Source: Octopus sinensis (lineage: Eukaryota). Taken from it: 64,000 nucleotides of DNA. The DNA is taken from positions 33,108,001 to 33,172,000 of the forward strand of contig NC_043003.1 of NCBI RefSeq assembly GCF_006345805.1, written 5' to 3'. This document shows positions 51,652 to 64,000 of this stretch, in pieces. The notes below the pieces were generated by a model. It did not search any database. It saw only the letters and a list, made by a program, of their open reading frames with translations, and was not told the DNA's origin. How positions within the stretch are numbered: position 1 is the first letter of the stretch; each line of letters starts with the position of its first letter. Both the position numbers and the translations under genes were made by a program.

Positions 51652-51669
51652 TAATAATAATAATAATAA

Positions 51670-52173
51670 ATTGGAAGTGTTATCATGTACATTGTTTTGT
51701 CTTGGTATAAAAGATGGGCTACAGCAAATATTCTGCTCAATACCACAGATTTACTTGTCAGTTGTTTGACCATAACCAGTTGAGCATGTCCCTTAGTGGC
51801 TGACGATATGTGCATCTCTGATCACGAGCAGAAGTAGTGGGGGAGCATCATAGCCATGTGTTGAGAGGGATTCTTTGGGGTTTGAATAGTTCACCTCTGG
51901 AAACATGGGTGGTTCTTTCAACATCCTTAAACAACCCTTATTCAGGGACCGTTTGAGCGGGATGGGCTACTCAACCTGAAGAAAATTCTAACTGGGCCCC
52001 ACCTGCAAGGTCATGTGCTGTTTATCTTGATATGAGATCACCATGTCGCGCACATATGGTTGTGATGCATGTGCCTGGTGTACCTTTATCAGACGGGTAG
52101 TCATGATGGGTATATTGGGCTTCGTATATTTTACCCCAGTGTCACTTTGATGGCATGAACTGCTCTCTCACTC
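51670..52173. repeat. ~500-bp non-coding interspersed repeat embedded in (AAT)n
   Basis: A complex sequence bounded by long (AAT)n on both sides. Its repeat status rests on recall of octopus repeats, since there is no second copy in the window. Confidence 0.5.
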
Positions 52174-52220
<47 letters not shown>

Positions 52221-53473
52221 GAAGAAGAGTAATATGATGATGATGATGAAGAGGAGGAAGTTTCAAAGATAAGGTCCAGAGTGGTATTTAAATAGAAAAA
52301 TGTTTGGTATGGACTCCTTTGAATAATAATAAATATGATGATTATGATGACAATTATAATGATGAAAGTGATGTTAATGATGAGAGGAATTATAATATCA
52401 ACAAAAATATTAATATTTTTAGAGAAATAACAAAACAATATTAAGGCGAGAACATGAGCTATTTTCTTTACATATTTGTTTATTCTTTTAATTTTGCTGT
52501 TAGTTCTTAAAATTTGATTTAATTGAATGCCTTAATGATTTCATTAAATTAATTTTCTAACTCACATATTTGCTTGCAGGCAAACAGCAAAGTTGGACAA
52601 GAAAACAAAGAACAAAAAGCAAAAAGAGACATAAAATAAAACCAAAGAAAACACAACAAAAATTATGAATTACAGACAATTTTACATCATTCTAAGTGTC
52701 TGTAATTTGGTTTCAAGATCTCATATTTTATTCATAACTTAGAGCAGCTAGACCGTTGAACGAATAAAAAGGGTAGTACTATAATGCACACACTTTAACA
52801 CGAATTACATTCGAAATGATATAGGATGTATTAATATAAAAGGAATAAATAAATAGACGTAAGTGATATATAAGTATTATTATATAACACAATAGTAAAT
52901 ACACGCATACACCCACATACACACAGACACACAAGCACATAAAGATAAAGGAACTGAACGATTTAAGAAATATCAGGAAGGGAAGAAATGATATCATTCA
53001 TATTATATATATATATATAATATATATATATATACACACACACATGCATACATACATAGTATTTAAGCACACACGCACACACACATATATACACATATTT
53101 ATAAGTATACATGTATGTATGTATGTATGTATGTATATATCTGTATTATAGGCATGTGTTTGTAGAAATATATGAGTATATGTGTGTTTGTGAGTGTGTG
53201 TGCGTTTTTGTGTACATGTGTCTGTACGAGTGAAAGGGAGATAGAGAGAGATTGACAGAGAGATGAAAATAAGTTCTCTTTTATTGAAGATAAAAATGTT
53301 TAAAAAAGAAAATTGCAATAATTAATTTGATAAACGAATACGAATTTTTTAAATTACAAAATGGCATACACTTAAGGTTAGTGTACGAGATTAACGGACT
53401 GCTAGAAAAGGAAAAAAGAACAATAAAAGGCAGATAACAGTAACTGAAGATCGTATATAAAAAGAATATTGTA

Positions 53474-53531
<58 letters not shown>

Positions 53532-53541
53532 TATTATTATT

Positions 53542-53585
<44 letters not shown>

Positions 53586-53589
53586 TATT

Positions 53590-53620
<31 letters not shown>

Positions 53621-53621
53621 A

Positions 53622-53711
<90 letters not shown>

Positions 53712-53715
53712 TATT

Positions 53716-53746
<31 letters not shown>

Positions 53747-53747
53747 A

Positions 53748-53809
<62 letters not shown>

Positions 53810-53810
<1 letters not shown>

Positions 53811-53995
53811 GGTGATGAGCTGGCAGAATCGTTAGCATGGTGGACGAAACGAAATGCTTAGCGGTATTTCGCCCGTCTCTACGTTCTGATTTCAAATTCT
53901 GCCGAGGTCGACTTTGCGTTTCATACTTTCGAGGTCGATGAAATAAGTACCAGTTGAACACCTCACCCTGTCTGCCCTCGTGACAAAAATTTGAA
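53810..53995 (+). mobile_element. tRNA-derived SINE, family B
   Basis: Reads gagctggcagaatcgttagc...ttcaaattctgccgaggtcgac. Confidence 0.8.
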
Positions 53996-54054
53996 ATAAC
54001 AATAACAGCAGCAGCAACAACAACAAGAACAAGAACAACAACAACAACAACAAC

Positions 54055-54115
<61 letters not shown>

Positions 54116-54152
54116 TAATAATAATAATAATAACAATAATAATAATAATAAT

Positions 54153-54555
54153 AAAAACACTGGTAATTGCGCAACTTGATAATCGCTACCTCATATGAGT
54201 GACAATGAAAAAACAAAATATTGTGAATAATGGTGGTAATGAAACTGAAGCCAATGATGGTGACAGTGTACACCCGATAGCTTCAGAGATTCTGGTCCGG
54301 CTCCAGCCTGTCGATATCCAGAAAAGGACCACCACACACGGCGTAGATAGGGCAAGCAAATTAATGCTGTGGTCATGGAGTGTTACTCCTTGAGCAGCCC
54401 TGTAGATGAAAATGGTGCTCAAATTAGGGGTTACCGACAACGTATGTAAGATCATTGGAGGGCAAGGGATTGTTTCAACTACAGAACAGAGACTATGTGA
54501 TCAAGCAAGAGCAATCAAAAAATTGTTGGTTCACAGATAAGGAAACGTTATTGGA
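54153..54555 (+). mobile_element. N-terminal remnant of an R4/Dong-like LINE ORF following (AAT)n
   Basis: Reads INAVVMECYSLSSPVDENG..RGYRQRM and TEQRLCDQARAIKK, which resemble from memory the N-terminal region of such ORFs. It contains stops. Confidence 0.6.
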
Positions 54556-54773
54556 CTAACACAGAATTTGATCAAATACAAGGCTATCTAATTGATGAAA
54601 TTCTACTAGCCTACTTTCTCGATTTGAACACGTCGTGTGCTCTAAAAGTGATAATTTCCAAGTGGTTTGACGATTTGGTGTCTATTTTCAGTATAGGTAT
54701 AGTCACTTCTATGCTCTTATTTATAATCCTATTCTATGCTGTTATAAATCTCTCTCTCGTTCCCTCCCTCCCC

Positions 54774-54824
<51 letters not shown>

Positions 54825-55213
54825 GGTATGATATATTCTGTTAAGTATGTAGTAGAGTACTGTATAAAGCTCGTCCACTTTCAGCTTTCACCGTGCTATC
54901 CAGTAGTTCATTATACGTACTTCTAGGTTGGCGTTTGGGTTTCTATCGTGTGTGCATAGCTGATTGAAAAAGTTTGAAGTTAGAAGACGAAGTACAGATA
55001 GACATTTATTTTCAATCACCATAATTGTTTCTATGCACTGTAGTTCTCCAGGATGTGCAGGCACTTGAATATGCAACCGTTTACCTGCAGTATGAGATCT
55101 AGTTGTGTTTCCTCAGACGATGTGTAAATATTGCCTCTGTTAGTTCCAATTCTGGGCATCAAGAGCATCCTTTCTTTCTGTGGCGTGGAGTTGGTAGTAG
55201 TCACGTTTTCAGT

Positions 55214-55289
<76 letters not shown>

Positions 55290-56616
55290 CAGATATGTAC
55301 GTAGATGCGTATGCATATACACTCCAGTACGTAAATCTTGGATGAAATAATTAGCTACATCAACCAAATTTTGAGAAATATAATTATATATTACAAGTCC
55401 ACAAAATCAAGAACATGCAGAAACAGTTGTTCGGATAAATTCTAGATAGTACCTCTCTGAACTTCCTTTAATTCACTCAGTCGTTAAAGATTTTTACGCC
55501 AAGAAGTGACAATACTGTGCCATTCATATTACATAGTTTCCAAATGTTACTCAAAATTTTAAAATATTCCTCCAATAATTTGTGCTCCAGAGTTCTCAAA
55601 TCCAAGGAAGTTGTTGACCTGGACTCTAATTTGGCCAGAATATAATTTTCAAAGAATTTCTTACGATTTCCTTGTTTCAGTTGCAAGGGCAGCAGCATTG
55701 TCTTAGAAGATGCGCTGCTTTTTTGTTCTCAAATATTATTTTGCACGCTAGAAAACAATCCTTTCTCTAACGGCTTTATAAATTGTAGTGCAGTTATAAA
55801 GTTTCTCTAATACCTGGTTGTTATATCTGAGGTCCTATTGCTGAACGGATGAACGAAAAAAGACTCAACACCTGATCAACACCAAATAATGCAACTGAAA
55901 AGAATGTGAAATTTCCCCACTAGATAGTGATTAATGAGCCAGGTAGGTATTATACACCAGTGAAATCAAAACCAACAACATTAATGAAAAAGAGAAAAAG
56001 AGAACTGAATTGGTATTCAAAATCAAATAGGTCCTAAGTCTATCTAAAACTGAGCAATGGTCTTATAAAACTTAATATTGTTCTTACGATGAGACAAGAT
56101 AATATGAAATGAAAATGACTTAGACGGTTATGGATATATCTCAAGTTTATAATAATGGTAGATTTAACTTTACAAATGAGGTTAAATCTTTCCTTCCGCG
56201 AGAAAATAAGTATTTTCTTTCTAAATGAACGGGAGTGTAATTGTTGGCATTTGGTTTCTTTAAAGAAAAATCTGCTATTACGTGCCTCCTTGTTTTTCGA
56301 AATTGTTCACAGGAAATTATGTTTATTTCAAAGTGGCAATCCAATTCAGTTAAATATTGTTTGAACAGAGTAACTTTACATCTATTTTATTAGTGTTCAT
56401 GCTTTACGATTAAACTGTGAAGAACAAAATTACGTAACCAGGACAGCCGAAGAAAAGATAGAACACGTTACCGAGAAACAGCTATTTTATAAATATCACT
56501 CGCAAAAGATTTTTTTCCCTTTTGTTCTCTTTGCTTTTCTATAATGTATAAAAATACACATGAAAAACCGATGATTTAAGAGTAAGTAGGCTCAGATTAT
56601 TACCTGAAAAAGCAAT

Positions 56617-56840
56617 AAGGCGGCGAGGTGGCAAAAACGTTAGTACGCCGGGCGAAATGCGTAGCCGTATTTCGTCTGCCATTACGTTCTGAGTTCAAAT
56701 TCAGCCGAGGTCGACTTTGCCTTTCATCCTTTCGGGGTCGATAAATTAAGTACCAGTCACGCACTTAATCGACTTAATCCGTTTGTCTGTCCTTGTTTGT
56801 CCACTCTATGTTTAGCTCTTTGTGGGTAGTAAAGAAATAT
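56617..56840 (+). mobile_element. tRNA-derived SINE, family B
   Basis: Reads aggcggcgaggtggcaaaaacgttagtacgccgggcgaaatg...gagttcaaattc. Confidence 0.85.
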
Positions 56841-56971
56841 ATTACCTGAAAAAGCTACGGCACGAAACTTGGATTTCTTTAGTTATTCAGTTATAATTTA
56901 TTAGAGAATTCTCTATCTTTAAATTTCAAGATTTATAATTCAAATCTTCGCGATGAAGAATCAAAAATTTA

Positions 56972-57069
<98 letters not shown>

Positions 57070-57558
57070 GCTAGCTAGCTAGCGACCTACCTACCTAGCT
57101 ATCTTTATATTCATATACATATGTGTGTGTGTATGAGTATGTTTATATATACACATACATCTATGTTTGTACGGGTATAATTATATTTATTAATATGTGG
57201 AATTAGATATGTAGAGTGGTAGCTATTCAGGTAGACATATATTTAGGGATGTATTTAAATTTAAAATATTTAGTAATATATTATATAATCTACTTCTAAT
57301 ATACTTATACATGTGTGCGTGTAAGTTTGTTTATAATTATACACATACGCACGTATTTATGTGTCTCTCTCTGCCTCTGTCTCTTTCTACACACACACAC
57401 ACACATATATATCCAACTAAATGTACGCAGATATAAGAGTAGAAATGAAAGTGTCAGCTTGAGAGAGGTAGGCAGGTAGACTATAACTTTTGTTTATTTC
57501 AAATTATTTCTAACCAATATTTGTATTCTTATGATTTCTCAGTCTATTTCTTTTCTAC

Positions 57559-57641
<83 letters not shown>

Positions 57642-58412
57642 ATAAATCTCGAGTCATCTATGTGTGCAAAATATAACTTTTCAAAACAAAACAGAGGAAA
57701 CTAATCTGTCAACTACAGCTTAAAGGTAGATATGAAAACAAAGCTAAACTAGAGCTATAGCATAGAATGTGCATTTATTTACAACTTTTACTTCCGCTTC
57801 CGACTTGTACAACCTTCTTATTTACTTTGCTCTTTTCGCAAGCACACACACACACATACGCACGCACACGCGCGTGCACAGATACACACATACTCATATA
57901 TAATTTTTTTTGTCACCTGTCTTCCGTAGTTTTGCTAACATTGCCAATTTGCTTACAATCTCCATCTTTATTCACTTGTCCAAAACATAGTTACTCCAGG
58001 GCCCTTGAAAACATAAAACATGCTACAAGGATATAGTCAACATTTCTTTCAGTAATCTCTGATAAAAAGGAATTTCAAACACTTTTCTATTGACGAGGTT
58101 TTCTTTTCCTCACATAATGTAAAATCTTCATTTGATTTCACCTTTGTAGCTTCCAGCATCTACACAACATTGATCACACTTTTTTTTTTAACTTTTAGAT
58201 GTTTGCTGTATCATTCTAGTAATACAATTGCTTTATTATTTTTATTTATTATTTTTTTTATCTCGCTTATTGTTTCCCTTTCTTGCATTGAAACTCTAGT
58301 TGTTTCGCTACAAGATATGGCCCATTTTTTCAGTGATATCGACAGCTTTATTATTACTATTATTATTGTTATTATTATTATTATTGTTGTTGTTATTATT
58401 ATTATTATTATT

Positions 58413-58471
<59 letters not shown>

Positions 58472-59385
58472 ATTATTATTATTATTATTATTGTTGTTGT
58501 TGTTGTTGTTATTATTATTATTGCTATTATTATTACTATTATTATTATTATCATTATTATTATTATCATTATTATTATTATTATCATTGTTATTATCATT
58601 GTTATTATTATTATCATCATCATCATCATCATCGTCATCATCATCATCGCCGCCGCCGTCGTCGTCGTCCTGATCGTCATCAGCATCATGATCATCATCT
58701 TTTTTTCCTTATTACTGTATCATTATTATTGTCATTTTCAGTACTATTAGCCTTTATTTATTTATTTATTTATTTATTCATATTCTACTTATTGATATTA
58801 CTAATATTATTTTCTGAATATTATTTTTTTTTTACTTATTTATACATTATTTTTGTTTTTACTCTAATACGTTGTCTTTAGGAACAATAACATTATACAA
58901 TAAAGAAATCACACATATATCGCCAACAATGCTTTATCCCACCTTTGCAACTTCCTCTCTATTTTTTCTATTCCCCATTTCTTCCTTAAATCTTCACAGA
59001 GCTTTTATTTGTTTTCCGCTTTTATGTTATTTTTTCTTCCGTTCTTAAAAGTTCTCGTTCCCTGCTCAGTTCTACATCTTTATTTTTTTAATGGGTAAAT
59101 AAAGCTCACAGTATATATATGAAATATATGAAATAAATACATGCATTCATGAATTTCCGCATATGTATTGATCTATCTGCATACACACACGCACACGCAC
59201 ACACAAACACACAAACACACACACTCACACACACACACACATACCTTTTTCTCTCTAAAATATCTATCTATCTATCTACTTCCAAAATCCATAAGTAAAT
59301 ATATAAATGTGTGTTTCAATATCTATATCTGTGTATACAAGTGTGTGTATGTTTATACATACATACATACATGCATATATAATAT

Positions 59386-59417
<32 letters not shown>

Positions 59418-59513
59418 GGGAGAGAGAGAGAGAGACACACACACCACACACATATATATATAATATATATAATATATATATATATATAATATAGGGAGAG
59501 AGAGAGAGGACAG

Positions 59514-59545
<32 letters not shown>

Positions 59546-59801
59546 GCAAATTTACTCATGTGTATATAAATATATGTACATAGGAATGTGTTTGTACATG
59601 TGTGTTTGTATCTGAGAGCTCTTTGTATATATGCGGAACCATGGTCGTATAAAACCATGTTACGCACATATAATGTATATATTTGTATATACATGCACAA
59701 ACACACCTACACACACATATACATACAGCCACACACACACATATATATATAACTGCTCATATATATATATGTATATATTATATAATGTAACGTATATATA
59801 T

Positions 59802-59838
<37 letters not shown>

Positions 59839-59944
59839 GAACGCACGCACATAGACACACACACACACACAAACACACACATTATATATTTAATTATCAT
59901 TATATATAAACATTTATATACCTATGAATGCTATGCTTTATTCT

Positions 59945-60355
59945 CTTATTCTTTTAAATATTTTAGTCTTTTGATTGCGACCAGTCAAGTAAATCGGACC
60001 GAAGACTTACTCTTTGTAAGCCTAGTACTTATTCTATCGGTGTTTGGCCGAACCGCTAAGTTACGGGGAACGTAAACTCACCAGCATCGGTTGCCAGGTG
60101 ATGTTGGTGGGACAAACACAGACACATACATACATACATAATACATACATACATACATAGACATGTACGTACGTACGTACATATGTACATGTACGACGGG
60201 CTTCTTTCAATTTACGTGTGCCTAATCCACTCAGAGGGCTTTGGTCAGCCCGAGGCTATAGTAGAAGACACTTGCCCAAGGTGCCATACAGTGGGACTGA
60301 ACCCGGAACCATGTGGTTGAGAAGCAAGCTACTTACTACAGAGCCACTCCTGCGC
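59945..60355 (-). mobile_element. tRNA-derived SINE, family A
   Basis: Full head, internal microsatellite and tail. Confidence 0.85.
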
Positions 60356-60934
60356 TTAGTATTAATATAATTATATGTGAAACACTTTGGTGGAGGTATG
60401 TTATATAGTTCGATTAATGAAAATGGATTATTTATAAGAGGGGAATGTAAAAAGAGGAAGAGGGAGAGTGAGAGAGCAGGAAAGAGAGAAAGAGACGATG
60501 ATAGAAAAGAAAGAAAGAAAGAAAGAAAGAAACAAGGAAAAGTAAAAAGAAAGAAGGAAAAGAATAAAAAGAAGAAGAAATAAGAGTGCGAAAAGAGAAA
60601 TTCTAAGCGGTATAAATGAAGCTCTGAACCACGTATAAATATCTAATAACTACCAGCAACGGTTAATCTCCGTTACCAGCCTAAATGTATATTAACTCCA
60701 GGAGAGAACAATTGACCCGTCCTACATTGTATACTACTTATTCAACCATAAGATAGAGTTACATATATAGGCGGTACAATCTTACTACATTCGGGTCTCT
60801 AAGGAGGCCAATGATTGGCAAAAATTTATAGGCGATGTAAAAATAGTTATGAAAAATATTTGGCATTACAATTGTAGTGAATCATGTGTTAGTTGATGTT
60901 TTATACTTACAAACATTTCTTTTACATACGAATA

Positions 60935-61610
60935 TATGTATGCATATATATATATATATGTATATATGTATATCTATCTATCAATCTATCTCTCTCTCTC
61001 TATATATATACATATATATATACATATATGTATGTATATATATATACATATATATATATATGTATATATGTATATCTATCTATCAATCTATCTCTCTCTC
61101 TCTATATATATACATATATATATATACATATATGTATGTATATATATATACATATATATATATATAGTATATGTATATCTATCTATCAATCTATCTCTCT
61201 CTATATATATACATATATATATATTACATATATGTATGTATATATATATACATATATATATATGTATATATGTTATCTATCTATCATCTATCTCTCCTCT
61301 CTATATATATATATACATATATATACATATATGTATGTATATTATATACATATATATATATATATATATTATGTAGATCTATCTATCAATCTATCTCTCT
61401 ATATATTATATACATATATATATATACATATATGTATGTATATATATATACATATATATATAGTATATATGTATATCTATCTATCAATCTATCTCTCTCT
61501 CTCTATATATATACATATATATATATACATATATGTATGTATATATATATACATATATATATATATATGTATATATGTATATATATATATATATAGATAG
61601 ATAGATACAT
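60935..61610. repeat. Higher-order repeat (~60-70 bp unit) of compound TATC/TC/TA microsatellite
   Basis: The anchor tatctatcaatctatctctc recurs several times at regular intervals. Confidence 0.85.
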
Positions 61611-61825
61611 ACATATATACATATATATATACACACGCACAACCGCCCACATGTATACTACAGGCTTCTTAATCAGTTCGACGAAGGCTAGGAGCCAAAA
61701 GTTCGAACCAATGTCACCCCTCAACTTGTGAAACATGTATGGTGCTAAAACGTATTAACTAATTCTTTTGTCGAATGTTAAATCGTTTTTATATCTATCA
61801 TGCTTGGAAATCTAATTTGACGGCA

Positions 61826-62040
61826 CTAGTCGAGCTAGCCGAATCGTTAGCGCGCCGGGCAAACATCTTAGCGACATATCATCCATCTTTACGTACTGAG
61901 TTCAAAACCCACCGAGGTCGACTTTGCTTTTTATGCTCTCGGACTCGATAAAATAAGTACCAGTTGAACATTGGGGTCGATGTACATAAGAAGTCCTCTC
62001 CCCCAAAACTACTGGCCTTGTGCCAAAATTTGAAACCAGT
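61826..62040 (+). mobile_element. tRNA-derived SINE, family B
   Basis: Reads gagctagccgaatcgttagcgcgccgggc...gagttcaaaacccaccgaggtcgac. Confidence 0.8.
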
Positions 62041-62250
62041 ATCTAGCTTGACATAGAAATAAACATTAATATAAACTGGATTGGAATAAAAATTCGCACT
62101 CTTTTACGTTCGTGGCATTTATACACGTGATTGATTTCGTTTCTCTTTTGAAGAAACAATTGACATACATATATTTTCTGAACGGTGACATTTCAACGTT
62201 TTGTTTTATCCCATTGCTGTGTGGATAGTTTATTTCTACTGCACCTCATG

Positions 62251-62404
62251 TAGTCGAGCAAATCGACCCCGGGACTTACTCTTTGTAAGCCCAGTACTTA
62301 TTCTATCGGTCTGTTTTGCCGAACGGCTAAGTTACGGGGATGTAAACACACCAGCGTTGGTTGTTAAGCAATGCTAGGGGGACAATCACAAACACACAAA
62401 CACG

Positions 62405-62456
<52 letters not shown>

Positions 62457-62621
62457 TACGACAGGCTTCTTTCAGTTTTCGTCTACCAAATCCACTCACA
62501 AGGCATTGGTCGTCCCGGCGCTATAGCAGAAGACACTTGCCCAAGATGCCATGCAGTGGAACTGAACCCGGAACCATGTGGTTGGTTAGCAAGCTACTTA
62601 ACACACAGCCACTCCTGCGCC
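62251..62621 (-). mobile_element. tRNA-derived SINE, family A
   Basis: Head, internal microsatellite and most of the tail. Confidence 0.85.
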
Positions 62622-62695
62622 TATTGTTCATTTTGAATTGATAAAAGGCGTTTTTTTTCTAATTTTATACATATATATAGTCATGGGATAAAAGA

Positions 62696-62929
62696 AAAGC
62701 AACCAAATTATCCAGTCATATAGGGTCCTTAAAAGAAAAAGGTGTCAATTACAACATCCATTGGAAGATCTAAGCCAAATGTAAGCCTTACACCAACGGC
62801 AGTGGAAAGTGCGGTCTTTGTGATATGGAAAGATGGCTCATCTGGAAAAGCAGCTTAGACCCCGCTACATGTCTAAATTCAAGAACTGATCTTTTTGGAT
62901 CGTATCCATATATGGCTAAATATTTGTAA
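62696..62929 (+). pseudogene. C-terminal remnant of a PLE-type GIY-YIG endonuclease (third, distinct family)
   Basis: Frame not in the ORF track: KATKLSSHIGSLKEKGVNYNIHWKI*AKCKPYTNGSGKCGLCDMERWLI...LNSRTDLF...KYL*. Recognised from memory as a PLE ORF C-terminus (W.I...C.LC..E...LN.R.EL). Confidence 0.65.
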
Positions 62930-63637
62930 CGTTTTTGGTTCCCCCAAGACCATAGATAGAACCTGATTTTTATATTGTGTCCACGTACAAGCATTTTTTT
63001 AAAATTTAAATTTTTTTTACATATTTTTATGCATATTTTTATATATTTTATTGCTTTAGATATATTTTTACATATTTTTTCTGTATAATACATTTCATCC
63101 TGAATGATTTTTTGTTCATGTGCGTATATAGACGTGTATATGAACATATTCGTGCGCGTATGGGTGTATATACGTGTATGTGTGAGCGTGTGAGAGGGTA
63201 AGAATGTGTGTACATGTGCATGGTTGCATATATATATATATGGGTGTGCATGCATGTGTTTCACGCGAGTGTGAGTGAGCATATGCATATATAGCATATG
63301 CGTATATAGACGTGTTTATGAATATAACTGTGCGCGTATGGGTATGTCTATGTGTGTACGTGTACGTGTGTGTACTTGTGTGCTTATATGTATATGTGTA
63401 CATGTGTATGGTTGCATATATATGTGTACATATAGGCGTGTGTGGGGTGTGCATCTGTGTGCTTCGCGCGAGTGTGAGTGAGCATATGTATATAGGCACA
63501 TATACATTGTTGTGCGTGCGTGTATGTGTATTCATGTACATGCACGCATACACGAATTCTGTGAGCGTTTTTTACTTTCTTCCCTTCCGTTTTTTCACTT
63601 TATTTAACGGTCATTTTCGTAGAATTTTTGTTTGTCT

Positions 63638-63700
63638 TAATAACTGACGTGATGTCGGAGAAGATTTCCGCCCCGACATCCGAAACTCGGAGTTTCATTA
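63638..63700 (+). ncRNA. Type I hammerhead motif, slightly degenerate
   Basis: Reads TAATAA CTGACGT GATGTCGG [14 nt] CCGACATC C GAAAC TCGGA GTT TCATTA, with an 8-bp helix II and the A9 region altered. Confidence 0.7.
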
Positions 63701-63769
63701 TAGCAACCGAATAATTGTCACATATTATATTACAGATATATATATGTGTGTATGTGTGTGTGCGTGCTT

Positions 63770-63960
63770 GTGTGTATCTGTCCCCAAACTCACGCTTGAC
63801 AACCGATGTTGGTGTGTTCACGTCCCAGTAAATTAGCGGTTCGGCAAAAGAGACCGATAGAATAAGTACTAGGCTTACAAAGAATAAGTCTTTAGCTCGA
63901 TTTGTTCGACTAAAGGCGATGCTCCAGTGTAGCCGCAGTCAAATGACAAACAAATAAATG
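63770..63960 (+). mobile_element. tRNA-derived SINE family A, 3' half
   Basis: Matches the tail of the family A copies. Confidence 0.8.
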
Positions 63961-64000
63961 AATATATATGTATTTTTTTTCTACTCTAGGCACAAGACCC

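Noticed and set aside
51715-51840. HDV-like ribozyme candidate at the start of the (AAT)n-flanked repeat
   Set aside because: Candidate P1 pairings exist, but I could not assemble P2, P3 and P4 in the required nested order.
61674-61710. HHR-like TCGACGA A GGCT agg AGCC AAAA GTT
   Set aside because: There are several core mismatches and no helix I pairing.

Overview
This is AT-rich, microsatellite-saturated animal DNA. The SINE families and repeat make-up suggest an octopus genome, which is my inference. I cannot support any host protein-coding gene, and nearly all listed ORFs are translations of (TA)n, (CA)n or (AAT)n tracts. The window is a mosaic of mobile elements: tRNA-derived SINEs, three Penelope-like retroelement (PLE) coding remnants, R4/Dong-like and L1/Tx1-like LINE pieces, two degenerate Tc1/mariner (maT-like) transposons and non-autonomous Helitrons, including a head-to-tail trimer. 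The main signal is about a dozen whole or partial type I hammerhead ribozyme (HHR) motifs from at least seven sequence families, almost all in elements inserted in (TA)n. The best is a canonical HHR at 46145-46189 inside a 353-nt non-coding monomer with a 61-nt terminal direct repeat, which resembles a retrozyme/circular-RNA template. Also notable are a 545-nt HHR monomer with a near-perfect inverted duplication, a tRNA-headed SINE carrying an HHR, and a PLE pseudo-LTR promoter made of six fixed-spacing CCAAT/CRE modules. All structures were folded by eye and none of the activities has been tested. Boundaries of degenerate repeats are approximate.
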